From: Chrysomallon squamiferum
Taxonomy: Eukaryota; Animalia; Mollusca
DNA: 64,000 nt
Assembly: GCA_012295275.1 (NCBI GenBank)
Contig: CM022676.1
Span: forward strand, 13,702,001 to 13,766,000
Reading direction: 5' to 3'
Part shown: positions 13,734 through 27,414 of the stretch, piece after piece
Layout: every line of letters starts with the position of its first letter
Position numbering within the stretch: the first letter of the stretch is position 1
Notes under the pieces: model-generated
Database searches by the model: none
What the model saw: the letters and a program-made list of their open reading frames with translations, nothing else
What the model was told of the DNA's origin: nothing
Position numbers and translations under genes: made by a program

Positions 13734-15774
13734 GTAAGTTTTGATAATTATAGTTGTTTGTATGAGGTTAATAGTTTTATCTCATCCAAAAGAATTATAA
13801 AAATTATTTCATACATTTTAGCAGATATCTTAACTTGTAATAAAGGAAAGAAAATATTTTCTAGAAAGCATTTATTATTGTTGTTCTTTATGTGCGTCTG
13901 TTTCGTGCTAGTTCAGTAAGGAAGAAATTTAACACATTGCTAGTTTACATCAAATTAATTTAATTCCTCAGATTTTCTGATATAATTTTTGATATTTTCT
14001 GGAATTACAATACACACTTCCTTTAACATACAGTTAACCTTAGTTAACTCAAGTGTTTATTTGTTGATAACCTCATTCTCTCAAGATGAAGCTCTGGTCC
14101 TGTTTAAGTTAGTCATAATTGGTAATAATAACCTTTAATCATCCAAATAATCAAAAACCTCTATTTATTCAAAGTTGTTTATGGTCACAAACAGCTGATT
14201 TAATAGTGTTAATTAATGTTTGAAAAGTCATAGTGCTGGAATTGTTAGTCTATTGTTTCACTTGTTAAATATGGAACAATAGATCATTGATTAAGTGAAA
14301 TAAAATATGCCCCCTCCATTTCTGTTTTTTACAGTATCTTTACATAATTGCATAAAGTTCACTGATAGATGTTAGCTTTTGCTGTTTAAATGCCAGTTAA
14401 TGTTTAACATCTGTTGAATTGTGAAAAATCGCATCTTTGTAAACAAGGTCCCTTTTCTGCTTTACGAGCCCTGTCTAATGTTTTCCAATACACCTCCTTC
14501 GGTTTCAGGTGCCAGTGTTCTGACTGTTGTTCTTTGGCTGTTGGATTCTCAAAGGCTTGGTATAACACTTTGTATATAAGTACTGATTCATTTCATACTG
14601 GGATATCACACCACCGATGTTATGGTTAATTGGTGACATCTTCAGTTGAGAAACCAACGTGTCACATTTATCAGTGATGATCTGGCCCTCATAGGCCAGA
14701 CATTTATGTGCACATTTTCACATTTCAGGTGTCAATTTTTTTTTGTCAAACAGAATACTTTTGGTGGTTCTGATGAGCAGGTCATGATTTTGACAGATAT
14801 ACAAGATAAATAAAGATAATCATAAAAGAGAAAACAAAAAAAACAACAAGAAAATTCTGAGTAGGGTGAATGTACTTTAGAGGATGGACAGTCAAACTTC
14901 TCTTTTGTTGTTTCTAATATATTGCATAATGGATTGTTATCACTGTAGGAGATCCTTTAATCCTTATCATATTCTTTTCAGAGAAAAAATATTACAGATA
15001 TATATAGATATATGTCGGTATGTTAAGAAAAACATTCAGCTCTAGGACACCAGTAAATGACATGTTTTATTGATTGAGCCTTAAGAAAGAAACAAAATAA
15101 GACCAACATTTTGAAATTCCTTGAAAATTGAAGGAGTTGAGGCAATTTCAAATGCTGGAAAACGTACCAATTTTTTTCTTTTTGTTTTATTATGTCATTT
15201 GGCCAAATGCTATGATCCTGAATAAAAAATTAACATGATAAAAATGCCTATATCACCTGAAATAGTGGAAAGTGCATAATTGTACATATCTGTCTTCTGT
15301 TTTGCATAACATTAAGACTTTTGAACTACAATGTATATACTAACTTAATTATACATCTGATGATAAACATTTTTCACAAAGTGACTGAAATCTTACAGTA
15401 ATAAACTTTTACCTAAATATTCAAAGAAGTGATTGATTTCCACATAAATTTCACAAAGTATGTGAAACCTTACAGTAATAAACTTAATATTTTGTGAAAC
15501 TCACAGTTTGAAAATAATTATTTTTACATAGGCGCCACTTCAGCAGTTGTTGTTTTGTTACACAACCCTATTACTAATATTGAGATTAACACAGTATTTC
15601 ATATTACTAATAAATAAAATACAATGAAATAAATATAAATAATAATAATCTTCTTTCTTTTTTAAGATCTATGTTTCTTTTCCATTTTGAAGTAAATGTT
15701 TTACAATGGTAAAAATTAAAAATTATTAATTTTCAAGATTTCAATCTTTATTGTTTTATTTTTCATTTTCAAAG

Positions 15775-16080
15775 TTCCTTTGCAGAAAGTCTCTATAACA
15801 ACTGGGTCAACCCAGTAAAAGCCAGCAATTCTTACACAGATGAACTGTTCAACCAACCCTTGTTATCCAGAAGCTGTAATCATATGGACTTTAGATGGTA
15901 CAAAGATAACAGAGGGCATTATCAGCTCCACTGAGACAATTGTTGACTCTGGTATTGTAACAAGGAGCAATTTTAAATGAAAAATTTAATACATATGATA
16001 ATGGAAAAAGTTTGGTTTCTTCAGTTACTTCTAGTTTCTCTCTTATATCAACACAATACAGGAGAACATCAAAGGTCTAA
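15775..16080 (+). pseudogene. Type B1 copy 1 C2 exon with indels and in-frame stop (possibly sequencing errors)
   Basis: Matches 49623-49933 but reads tca acc cag TAA near 15826 and has further 1-nt indels. Lies in the indel-rich contig end next to the gap. Confidence 0.7.
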
Positions 16081-16117
16081 TAATTGTTAATAATAAAATA
16101 GCTTGTTGAACACATTT

Positions 16118-16227
<110 letters not shown>

Positions 16228-17059
16228 AAAATAACAAACCCAACGTGCAGAAAGGAAAATTTTTAAACAACTTTAAGAATGTTTTATAACAAAATCATTA
16301 ACAAATATAATTATTTTAAGATAAAAAATTGATAAAATAATGGAACTTAAAAGTGAAAGCGTTATTGTCGGGGTTGGAAATTCAGAAACATTCCGCATAT
16401 GCATAATTAAGACGTGTACATGGAGCTGGATATTAAAGCATTTCACACATGGTTTCTATAATGTAGCTATGAAATGTACTCGCGCCCAGAATTAATCGAA
16501 CCAATAATTTTTTTTTGTATGTTACAGATCGTTTTTACAAAAACAAAATACAAAATTATATTTTTTATCTTTATTTGACCCATAAGCTCTGGTTGATAGC
16601 AATCTCCCAATTTTGAAGCAGAAACAATAATAATAAATATATAGATACCTAACCAAATAAATAATAACCTTTGAAATTCATGTATTGCAGCATTGTATTA
16701 TTTAAAGATTAGTCTCATAATACAGTCTTTTTAATGACATGTTCAAAAGAAAATTTAACTTTGAACAGACTAAAATTCAAACAGAGAAAAATTTCAATTA
16801 AAATAAATAAAGTAGAAATAACACCATAGTTGGAAATTTGAAACTGTTTTAAATGGAATAAAAAAAAATACATTAAAAAGCATTCTAACACTTAACAATG
16901 AATTTCAATAATTTTATAAATATTAAAACACTTTAATAACTGTAAGAATACTAACAACCAACGTCGAAAGCACTTTTCTTATAAGAAATGTCTTCTTTTT
17001 CTGTTGCTTTCAGATGTGCTGAAAATATGCAAGCATTCTAACTGATCATAGCTGACATG

Positions 17060-17259
17060 NNNNNNNNNNNNNNNNNNNNNNNNNNNNNNNNNNNNNNNNN
17101 NNNNNNNNNNNNNNNNNNNNNNNNNNNNNNNNNNNNNNNNNNNNNNNNNNNNNNNNNNNNNNNNNNNNNNNNNNNNNNNNNNNNNNNNNNNNNNNNNNNN
17201 NNNNNNNNNNNNNNNNNNNNNNNNNNNNNNNNNNNNNNNNNNNNNNNNNNNNNNNNNNN
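17060..17259. other. Assembly gap (200 N)
   Basis: Run of 200 N characters. Confidence 1.
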
Positions 17260-20200
17260 AGTATTATGGCTAGATTTAGTTATCTGTTTACCTTATGACT
17301 AGGGTTAAAGATTTAGTATTATGGTTATTATTTATTTTATCTGTTTACCTTATGACTAGGGTTAAAGTTAGTATTATGGTTAGATTTTAGTTATCTGTTT
17401 ACCTTATGACTAGGGTTAAAGTTTAGTATTATGGTTAGATTTAGTTATCTGTTTACCTTATGACTGACTAGGGTTAAAGTTAGTATTATGGTTAGATTTA
17501 GTTATCTGTTTACCTTATGACTAGGGTTAAAAGTTAGTATTATGGTTAGATTTAGTTATCTGTTTACCTTATGACTAGGGTTAAAAGTTAGTATATTATG
17601 ATTTAGATTTAGTTATTTACCTTTTACTAGGGTTATGACTAGGGTTAAAGTTAGTATTATGGTTAGATTTTTTTATTTATCTGTTTTACCTTATGATTAT
17701 GGGTTAAAGTTATTGTTTACCTTATTATTTATTATGGTTAGATTTAGTTTCTTTTTTACCTTATGACTAGGGTTAAAGTTAGTATTATGGTTAGATTTAG
17801 TTATCTGTTTACCTTATGACTAGGGTTAAAGTTAGTATTATGGTTAGATTTAGTTATCTGTTTACCTTATGACTAGGGTTAAAGTTAGTATTATGGTTAG
17901 ATTTAGTTATCTGTTTACCTTATGACTAGGGTTAAAGTTAGTATTATGGTTAGATTTAGTTATCTGTTTACCTTATGACTAGGGTTAAAGTTAGTATTAT
18001 GGCTAGATTTATTTATCTGTTTACCTTATGACTAGGGTTAAAGTTAGTATTATGGCTAGATTTAGTTATCTGTTTACCTTATGACTAGGGTTAAAGTTAG
18101 TATTATGGTTAGATTTAGTTATCTGTTTACCTTATGACTAGGGTTAAAAAGTTAGTATTATGGTTAGATTTAGTTATCTGTTTTACCTTATGACTAGGGT
18201 TAAAGTTAGTATTATGGTTAGATTTAGTTATCTGTTTTACCTTATGACTAGGGTTAAAGTTAGTATTATGGTTAGATTTAGTTTATCTGTTTTACCTTAT
18301 GATCCTAGGGTTAAAGTTAGTATTATGGTTAGATTTAGTTATCTGTTTACCTTATTACTAGGGTTAAATTTATTGTTTATGGTTAGGATTTATTTATTAT
18401 CTAGATTTTTACCTTATGACTTATAGGGTTAAAGTTAGTATTATGGTTAGATTTAGTTATCTGTTTACCTTATGACTAGGGTTAAAGTTAGTATTATGGT
18501 TAGATTTAGTTATCTGTTTTTTACCTTATGACTAGGGTTAAAGTTAGTATTATGGTTAGATTTAGTTATCTTTTACCTTATGACTAGGGTTAAAGTTAGT
18601 ATTATGGTTAGATTTAGTTATCTGTTTACCTTATGACTAGGGTTAAAGTTAGTATTATGGTTAGATTTAGTTATCTGTTTACCTTATGACTAGGGTTAAA
18701 GTTAGTATTATGGTTAGATTTAGTTATCTGTTTACCTTATGACTAGGGTTAAAGTTAGTATTATGGTTAGATTTATTTATCTGTTTACCTTATGACTAGG
18801 GTTAAAGTTAGTATTATTATGGTTAGATTTAGTTATCTGTTTACCTTATGACTAGGGTTAAAGTTAGTATTATGGTTAGATTTAGTTATCTGTTTACCTT
18901 ATGACTAGGGTTAAAGTTAGTATTATGGCTAGATTTAGTAATCTGTTTACCTTATGACTAGGGTTAAAGTTAGTATTATGGCTAGATTTAGTTATCTGTT
19001 TACCTTATTATTAGGGTTAAACTGTGTATTATGGTTAGATTTAGTTATCTCTTTACCTTATCACTAGGGTTAAAGTTAGTATTATGGCTAGATTTAGTTA
19101 TCTGTTTACCTTATGACTAGGGTTAAAGTTAGTATTATGGTTAGATTTAGTTATCTGTTTACCTTTATGACTAGGGTTAAAGTTAGTATTATGGTTAGAT
19201 TTAGTTATCTGTTTACCTTATGACTAGGGTTAAAGTTAAAGTTATTTAGTTATTATGGTTAGATTTAGTTATCTGTTTACCTTATGACTAGGGTTAAAGT
19301 TAGTATTATGGTTAGATTTAGTTATCTGTTTTACCTTATGACTAGGGGTTAAAAGTTAGTATTATGGTTAGATTTAGTTATCTGTTTACCTTATGACTAG
19401 TTAAAAAGTTAGTATTATGTTATCTGTTTAGACTAGGTTTTAGTTATCTAGATTTGTTATCTTTTACCTTATGACTAGGGTTAAAGTTAGTATTATGGTT
19501 AGATTTAGTTATCTGTTTACCTTATGACTAGGGTTAAAGTTAGTATTATGGATTTAGATTTAGTTATCTGTTTTTTATGACTAGGGTTAAAGTTAGTAGT
19601 ATTATGGTTAGATTTAGTTATCTGTTTTTACCTTATGACTAGGGTTAAAGTTATTATTATGGTTAGATTTAGTTATCTGTTTACCTTATGACTAGGGTTA
19701 AAGTTAGTATTATGGTTAGATTTAGTTATCTGTTTACCTTATGACTAGGGTTAAAGTTAGTATTATGGTTAGATTTAGTTATCTGTTTACCTTATGACTA
19801 GGGTTAAAGTTAGTATTATGGTTAGATTTAGTTATCTGTTTACCTTATGACTAGGGTTAAAGTTAGTATTATGGTTAGATTTAGTTATCTTTTTTACCTT
19901 ATGACTAGGGTTAAAAAGTTAGTATTATGGTTAGATTTAGTTATCTGTTTACCTTATGACTAGGGTTAAAGTTAGTATTATGGTTAGATTTAGTTATCTG
20001 TTTACCTTATGACTAGGGTTAAAGTTAGTATTATGGTTAGATTTAGTTATCTGTTTACCTTATGACTAGGGTTAAAGTTAGTATTATGGTTAGATTTAGT
20101 TATCTGTTTACCTTATGACTAGGGTTAAAGTTAGTATTATGGTTAGATTTAGTTATCTGTTTACCTTATGACTAGGGTTAAAGTTAGTATTATGGTTAGA

Positions 20201-21622
20201 TTTTAGTTATCTGTTTACCTTATGACTAGGGTTAAAGTTAGTATTATGGTTAGATTTAGTTATCTGTTTACCTTTATAGGGTTAAAGTTAGTATTATGTT
20301 TAGATTTTATTTATCTTTACCTTATGACTAGGTTAAAGTTAGTATTATGGTTAGATTTAGTTATCTGTTTACCTTATGACTAGGGTTAAAGTTAGTATTA
20401 TGGTTAGATTTAGTTATCTGTTTACCTTTATGAGGTTAAAGTTAGTATTATGGTTAGATTTAGTTATTTACCTTATTTAGATTTAGTTAGTATTATGGTT
20501 AGATTTTTTATCTGTTTACCTTATGACTAGGGTTAAAGTTAGTATTATGGTTAGATTTAGTTATCTGTTTACCTTATGACTAGGGTTAAAGTTAGTATTA
20601 TGGTTAGATTTAGTTATCTGTTTACCTTATGACTAGGGTTAAATTTAGTATTATGGTTAGATTTAGTTATCTGTTTACCTTATGACTAGGGTTAAAGTTA
20701 GTATTATGGTTAGATTTAGTTATCTGTTTACCTTATGACTAGGGTTAAAGTTAGTATTATGGCTAGATTTAGTTATCTGTTTACCTTATGACTAGGGTTA
20801 AAGTTAGTATTATGGTTAGATTTAGTTATCTGTTTACCTTATGACTAGGGTTAAAGTTAGTATTATGGTTAGATTTAGTTATCTGTTTACCTTATGACTA
20901 GGGTTAAAGTTAGTATTATGGTTAGATTTAGTTATCTGTTTACCTTATGACTAGGGTTAAAGTTAGTATTATGGTTAGATAGATTTAGTTATCTGTTTAC
21001 CTTATGACTAAGGTTAAAGTTAGTATTATGGTTAGATTTAGTTATCTGTTTACCTTATGACTATAAAGTTAAAGTTATTAAGTTTAGTTATCTGTTTACT
21101 TTTATGACTAGGGTTGGTTAGTATTTATTTATTTTATCTGTTTACCTTATGACTAGGGTTAAAGTTAGTATTATGGTTAGATTTAGTTATCTGTTTACCT
21201 TATGACTAGGGTTAAAGTTAGTATTATGGTTAGATTTAGTTATCTGTTTACCTTATGACTAGGGTTAAAGTTAGTATTATGGTTAGATTTAGTTATCTGT
21301 TTACCTTATGACTAGGGTTAAAGTTAGTATTATGGTTAGATTTAGTTATCTGTTTACCTTATGACTAGGGTTAAAGTTAGTATTATGGCTAGATTTAGTT
21401 ATCTGTTTACCTTATGACTAGGGTTAAAGTTAGTATTATGGTTAGATTTAGTTATCTGTTTACCTTATGACTAGGGTTAAAGTTAGTATTATGGCTAGAT
21501 TTATTATCTGTTTACCTTATCACTAGGGTTAAAGTTAGTATTATGGTTAGATTTAGTTATCTGTTTACCTTATGACTAGGGTTAAAGTTAGTATTATGGT
21601 TAGATTTAGTTATCTGTTTACC
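17260..21622 (+). repeat. 53-bp tandem satellite, about 80 copies, composed of TTAGGG-like hexamers
   Basis: Consensus CTAGGGTTAAAGTTAGTATTATGGTTAGATTTAGTTATCTGTTTACCTTATGA repeated head to tail. Confidence 0.97.
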
Positions 21623-22822
21623 ATATGCCAAGTGTTAACAGTCATTATACATTATTATTCATCACTTTATAGTTATATCAATTTCTCTGATGCATTCCAT
21701 CACATTTTCATCTGTTCACAAGGTCTGGTTATTATCTGCTCTTTTGCCATTGAAACTTTTACCATTAGATAACATTAGTGAAGATATTAATTAATTATAA
21801 TGAATGTAAAGAATTCCTTGTCTTTCTTCAAGATCACTAACTCGCAGATTAGCATTTAATTATATATACAGGAAACAGACAAATTAATTATTATACTTAT
21901 AGTGTTTCCTACTCATTTTGTATTATGAACAGTGTTAAATCAAGTTAATATGATAGTATTTTCCAGAATTTGTTGTCAAAGATAGTCACTGAGTTAACTA
22001 TTAACCACAAATATTTTTATTAATTTTGATTTCAAATGAGAATATTGTATTTTTATTACATCTCAATAATAATAATAATAATCATCATCATCAAGAAACA
22101 TTAACCACATGGTCATTCAGCATCACGGTACAAAAAGCCCTATATTTTTTAAAATCGGACATTTTCTTCTTTCTTTTTTCAAAGAGTATATTATGCAGAT
22201 TCACTGCATGGTCTTTATTTTTTGGAAGGATTTCTTGAACGGACATTTTGCATCTAGTAAAATTATCATTAAAATACATGTAATATTACAATTAAGATAC
22301 TGTGACATGGCACTTAAAATGAACAGCATACAGGTTTTTGCTGTTTCAGTCTACACTGTTGATTTGCCTTAAGGCATTTTAGCTTAGTTGTACACCATGT
22401 TACATTCCGGAATAAACACTGCTGCAGCAGTTCTCTAGTTAGACTCAGGTGCTTTGTCATGGTGTTGATTTTCAAAAGATTTCTTGGCACACTTGAAGTA
22501 AATAATAAATAACATTGCCAATTTTTAATATAAAACTAATAGTCTTACTGATCTTTTCAAATTGTTATAACAATAACATAACAATAACAAAAATAAAATA
22601 ATGATAATGATAATGATGATAATAATAATAATAATAAATATTTACCTTATCGTCTCTAGCTGTTATATGTATGGGATGGAGCGAGATGAAATTAAGATAA
22701 TGATTATTTTTAAATGTTTATGATTTTGGATAACCCAGATTTGTTTTCAGATCATTGCAGTATTCATTTGATTGCACAATAGAGCATCAAAGTTAACACT
22801 TTAAAAAAAATACTGTTTGCAG

Positions 22823-23149
22823 GAAATATAATTCTTAGTCTTACCACAGACAAGAAAATGCCAGTGCTTGGTCAGCCTCTTGTTTTCATCTACACAAACA
22901 GTGAAGAAGACATAACAGGAGATGTTTTTTTTTTCAATCTGAATGAATCAGTACAAGGAGGATCTTTTGATTCAGGTGGACCGTGTGGTTCTGGATTTAA
23001 TTACAATGTAACAAGACAGCCTACACATGTCATAACTCTTGAGATTTCTTATTTTAATCAAACAAAACACGCAGGAACCTGGACAGTTACTGAAACTTAT
23101 CAAAACATTGTGCATTCTGTGAATTTAACATTTACAGCTCCTTTTGCAA
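22823..23149 (+). CDS. Type A receptor copy 2, V-like Ig exon lacking the canonical disulfide cysteines
   Basis: gtttgcag acceptor, gtaagt donor at 23150, 327 nt, phase 1-1, open. Encodes NIILSLTTDKKMPVLGQPLVFIY...HVITLEISYFNQTKHAGTWTV...SVNLTF, with V-like E- and F-strand patterns. Confidence 0.8.
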
Positions 23150-25322
23150 GTAAGTTCTTTGAGCAGTTGTTGTTGTTTTATTATTATTATGAAGTGTTAC
23201 ATTTACTGGACTTTTTAATTTTATTTATTTACTATTTAGATATATGCAGGCTTCAAGCAGGGGACGGGCGACCTCAGTGAAATAGTCATGATTTTCTACC
23301 AAACTTTTCGTTACTTTAAACATAAAGACCACTACATGTACTGAACCTCACCGTGGTGTTCAGGTGGAAACCCATCCAACGAGAATGGCTAATCAATACA
23401 GTTATCATCATCTTAACAAACTTGAGGGGTGTAGACACCTTATTTGCCATGAGATACAACCCATAATACTGACAACTTGATCCTGGTAGTTGATTTTGAT
23501 ATTCTGTGGCTTTTGAGTTGCAGGTTTCCATTCTGTATGCAAAAATTACTATATGGTGCTATTTCTGGGACACGTTTATCTATTCTGTGGGCACTTACAG
23601 ATGTGTTCAGCTAGGCGGGAGGGAACTTGGATCCAACTTGATTAAACTGGCTGGTCATTCCAAGTTCAAGAGTAACCATTATATACGTTGTTTACATTAT
23701 ATATTACCTTTTTCATTTGTTGCTCTTGGGGTGGTGGCTAGTTTCGATTCAGGTGATTTATTGTTTTAATTGTCTGAGGATATCAGTCATGTATTTTTGG
23801 AACAAGTGTCTCCTGGCTATTTGCAGTATCATGTCGCCACCTTCCACAAACCATCTCTTCCTGAATCAGTTGAGGCTTGGTATTAGAGTATAGCTGTGTA
23901 CCTTACATTCCAAACCCTCTGCTGTGTTTTAAATGCCAAACATTTGAACTCAGACAAAACAGGTCTTAACAAATTGTCATGTGCTTGTTGTGTTCAGTTT
24001 GATCATGACAGCGAGGTGTGTCAGGTTGATGTGATAGGACAGCAGTAATAAGTGGAAGTACTTTGTATATTAGCAAGAATGTCCAAGGTGAAAAACTGAA
24101 ACAGATGAATGTTGAAAAACATCTTGCATATCCTGATGCAAAGAAACTTGTAGAATCCATTTCAACTGCTGCTGTAGGAAAATTGTATAATGCAGCTGTG
24201 AACATATCTAGAAGAATAATTCAGATACAGACAGATTTCTCCTGGCCAAATGATCCATTTAATTTAAGAAGGGATCTGAAATAGAAAAAGATCAGAAACA
24301 AGCTGCTCAAGAAATGTGGAAAGAAATCAGTTAGATGTCTTTGGATTCTGACAATTTGCCAAGATGAATTTTGACTGAAAAGGCAATCACTCAAAAAGTT
24401 CAAAACAGGATATATGGGGTGATTAAGGAAGACTGAGACAAAATATCTCTCATTTGTAGATGATAAGATGGAGGTCTCATCTCAACCAACACAGGATTAG
24501 ATTAAAATAACTTCCATAGTTTTCCCATAATGGCAAATAAGTAGGATCCATAAAATCAATGAAAAGTAATCTAGTAATACTATCAATCACTTCTCTGTCA
24601 ATGACACAAATGTCACTTCTCAACGTGACATAGACTATACAGAGCCAGATCATTTTTTTTACAATTCTTTGGTTTTTGTGCAGTGTATTAATGTATCTGG
24701 AAATACAGTAGGTCCAAATGAAATTAACATGTTAAACACTTACCTGAATCTTCTTTGTAGTAGTTTCTTCTGTGCTTTTTTCTGATTCAGGAAACCTACT
24801 ATTAATCCAATTCTATATAAGATAAATGTTCCTTCTAATTTATGTTTTCATTCTGTAGAAAAAAGTAATTTTTTTTTTTTTTTTTTTCTCCTGGAAATCT
24901 GATTTTTTAGTGGTCCACTTAACTATTTCTATCAATTACTTTTGAAATTAACTACTTCAGAGATGTTGCATTGTGATCACTTATTATTGGTGTAGTGAAA
25001 ACTGGCATTTTGAATATTTTGCAAAGTTTCAAATGTTGTGTATCTGTTATCAGAGAAAGAAAACATTGACTCCAACAAAAATAACTCTTTACACAATACA
25101 AGAAAGTTGTTGAAGTTTCGAGCAGTCTAATTTACCTGATGTAAAACCACAACTGGCAAATCTTGACCAATTTTATTTCTGCACAAGTACCAAGTTCTCT
25201 AAAAATCTTAACTGCTATAATTTTATAAGCTTGTCAATCATAGAACAGTCATTATGCAGATAAACAGCAAGTGAATATATGAATCTTTTTATAGTTTTAT
25301 TACATTTCAAATTATATAACGT

Positions 25323-25357
<35 letters not shown>

Positions 25358-25362
25358 TTTTA

Positions 25363-25412
<50 letters not shown>

Positions 25413-25417
25413 TTTAG

Positions 25418-25569
25418 CTATTGTTGAAACATCTAAGATTGATTTCACTGAGGCGTGTTCAAATCAGACAGACATTGATTCTCAGACAAATTTTACTGTC
25501 AGCGTAATGACCGGCTGTGCATACCCAGCTGTGAACATCTCCTGGAATTTTGTTGGTGAAACTTCTGTG
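25418..25569 (+). CDS. Type A copy 2, Ig-like domain 2 first half
   Basis: 152 nt, AG/GT bounded, matches 2730-2881. Confidence 0.78.
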
Positions 25570-25852
25570 GTAAGTCCGTGTTTATAAATAAATTTAATAT
25601 ACACCAACATTTAAAAACAAATTATTTTCATTTTGAAATGTACTTTTGGAGCCAAACTGAAATTATTTCAATTGTTCAAATATTATAATGATTATTTTAC
25701 ATCACAAAAATGATACAAAAATAGATAAATTTTAAAATTTAATAAATGATTTTGACCTTTGAACAGACCCAGAAAAAAATATTTATTTTTGATATTATAT
25801 TAGTTAAGGTAGCAATAATAATAATTATAATTTTGCTGTCTTTCTCTCTAAG

Positions 25853-26036
25853 TCATTGACACCAGTTACTACAACAGTCAGTGATGTCTGTACAAGTCCA
25901 CAAGTTAAAACAGTTGCCAGGCTGACTATGAATTATTTAACTGTACAAGGAAAAGTTAATGTTACAATACACTTGATTCATTTGTCTTTTAATAATGATG
26001 TCTGTAACAAGTTTATATGTACTGCTCACTTTCCAG
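25853..26036 (+). CDS. Type A copy 2, Ig-like domain 2 second half
   Basis: 184 nt, AG/GT bounded, matches 3187-3370. Confidence 0.78.
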
Positions 26037-26250
26037 GTAAGTAAAGATTCAATGTCGATACTTTTTTGTAATTTTAATATAGTCACAATAAGATATAATT
26101 AATTACTGATATGTGTTTATGAAGTTACTTAATAATTAATATATTAAATCGATCTTTTAATTATAATAAAAATAAATAAATAAATATATAATATTTTAGT
26201 ACAAAAGCATGATACAGTAATACTGCTATTTATTTATATGCTTATTACAG

Positions 26251-26565
26251 TACAAATAAAAGAGGTGACACTATTAAACATCAGTTCACACAAAGATAAA
26301 ATACAAGTCAGAGAAGGTTTTGTCTCTCTGACATGTGTCACGTCACCTAGCAACCCAGTCTCGTCTGTTTACTGGTACAAGAATAATCAACAGATAAACA
26401 CAGGAATCACCAACATAAATATCACATCAGGTGACCTGACTGTAAGAAAGAGTTCTGTGTCACTGACACTGACTGAGTCAGATGATGGACACACTGTTTA
26501 CTGCAAGGCAGGGATTCCTGGACAAACTCTTGTTACATCCAACACTGGAATACTTGATGTGTCGT
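26251..26565 (+). CDS. Type A copy 2, canonical C2-type Ig exon
   Basis: 315 nt, phase 1-1, with LTC, W and DDGxxVYC motifs. Confidence 0.9.
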
Positions 26566-26859
26566 GTAAGACATTTAACATTCGATATTTTAATCTGTTG
26601 TATTATCTACTTCGCTATGTTAACTGATTTTATGATAGAAAATTTTGTTAGAAATGTTGTTGTGTTTTTTTGTTTTTTTTTAATTTAAGAGATATTTCAT
26701 ACTTATTTTTTCCCCTTCTCAAGAGGCGAAGAAGCATTAAAAGTTTCAAATTGTTTTTATTATACTTTTATAATAAGCATATTTTTATTATATCTGTTTT
26801 TTTTTACTACACATTTAAAAGAACAAAATGTTATTATGTTTGTTATTTATCTATTACAG

Positions 26860-27018
26860 CTTCAGAAGAACAGAGTGGTTCTAGTTCTCTGATTGGTGCA
26901 GCTGTAGGAGGAGCTGTTGGTTTTGTGACTGTCATTGTTGTCATAGTGATGCTGATTGTGTTACTTAGAAGTGGAATAATACCTGGATTGTCCACTAAAA
27001 AAAGTAATTTTTCAGCTT
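26860..27018 (+). CDS. Type A copy 2, transmembrane exon
   Basis: Encodes SEEQSGSSSLIGAAVGGAVGFVTVIVVIVMLIVLLRSGIIPGLSTKK. Donors at 27004 or 27019, both phase 1; read-through stop at 27036-27038. Confidence 0.85.
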
Positions 27019-27414
27019 GTAAGAAATATATTTATTGAAAACAGGAAAAATTTAAAAAGTGTATGTATTTATTATATTTGTTGTCAGTGAACTTGAATAA
27101 TCAAGGAAGCAAAAATATAAACAAAGGGATCACTTTGAAGTTCATTGTGAATTTCTTTTATTAATTTGACATCACTGACTTGTGACTAGCCCTTTGTTAT
27201 CATATGGCTTATATTGTGCATCATATTAGTACAGCTTATGTAGTTGCATATGATTAATTCTTTCAAATAGTTCATGCCATTCAAATTTAAGTATGTTAAG
27301 AAAAATAATGTTTCAGAATACTTCTATCATACTAAAGTCCTGAAAGGAATGTGCTTTATATCTGAGCATGTTTTAATTTTTCCTTTGTGTTCACAGCATT
27401 ATATATTTTTTAAT

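Noticed and set aside
17260-21622. CRISPR-like array, or repeat-protein ORFs (MVRFSYLFYLMTRVKVSI...)
   Set aside because: Head-to-tail identical units with no unique spacers, in a eukaryotic context. A 53-bp unit is not a multiple of 3, and the ORFs arise from indels.
22307-22372. MALKMNSIQVFAVSVYTVDLP as the type A signal-peptide exon
   Set aside because: Ends in a stop with no suitable phase-1 donor and has a weak hydrophobic core; the true first exon probably lies beyond the satellite and gap.
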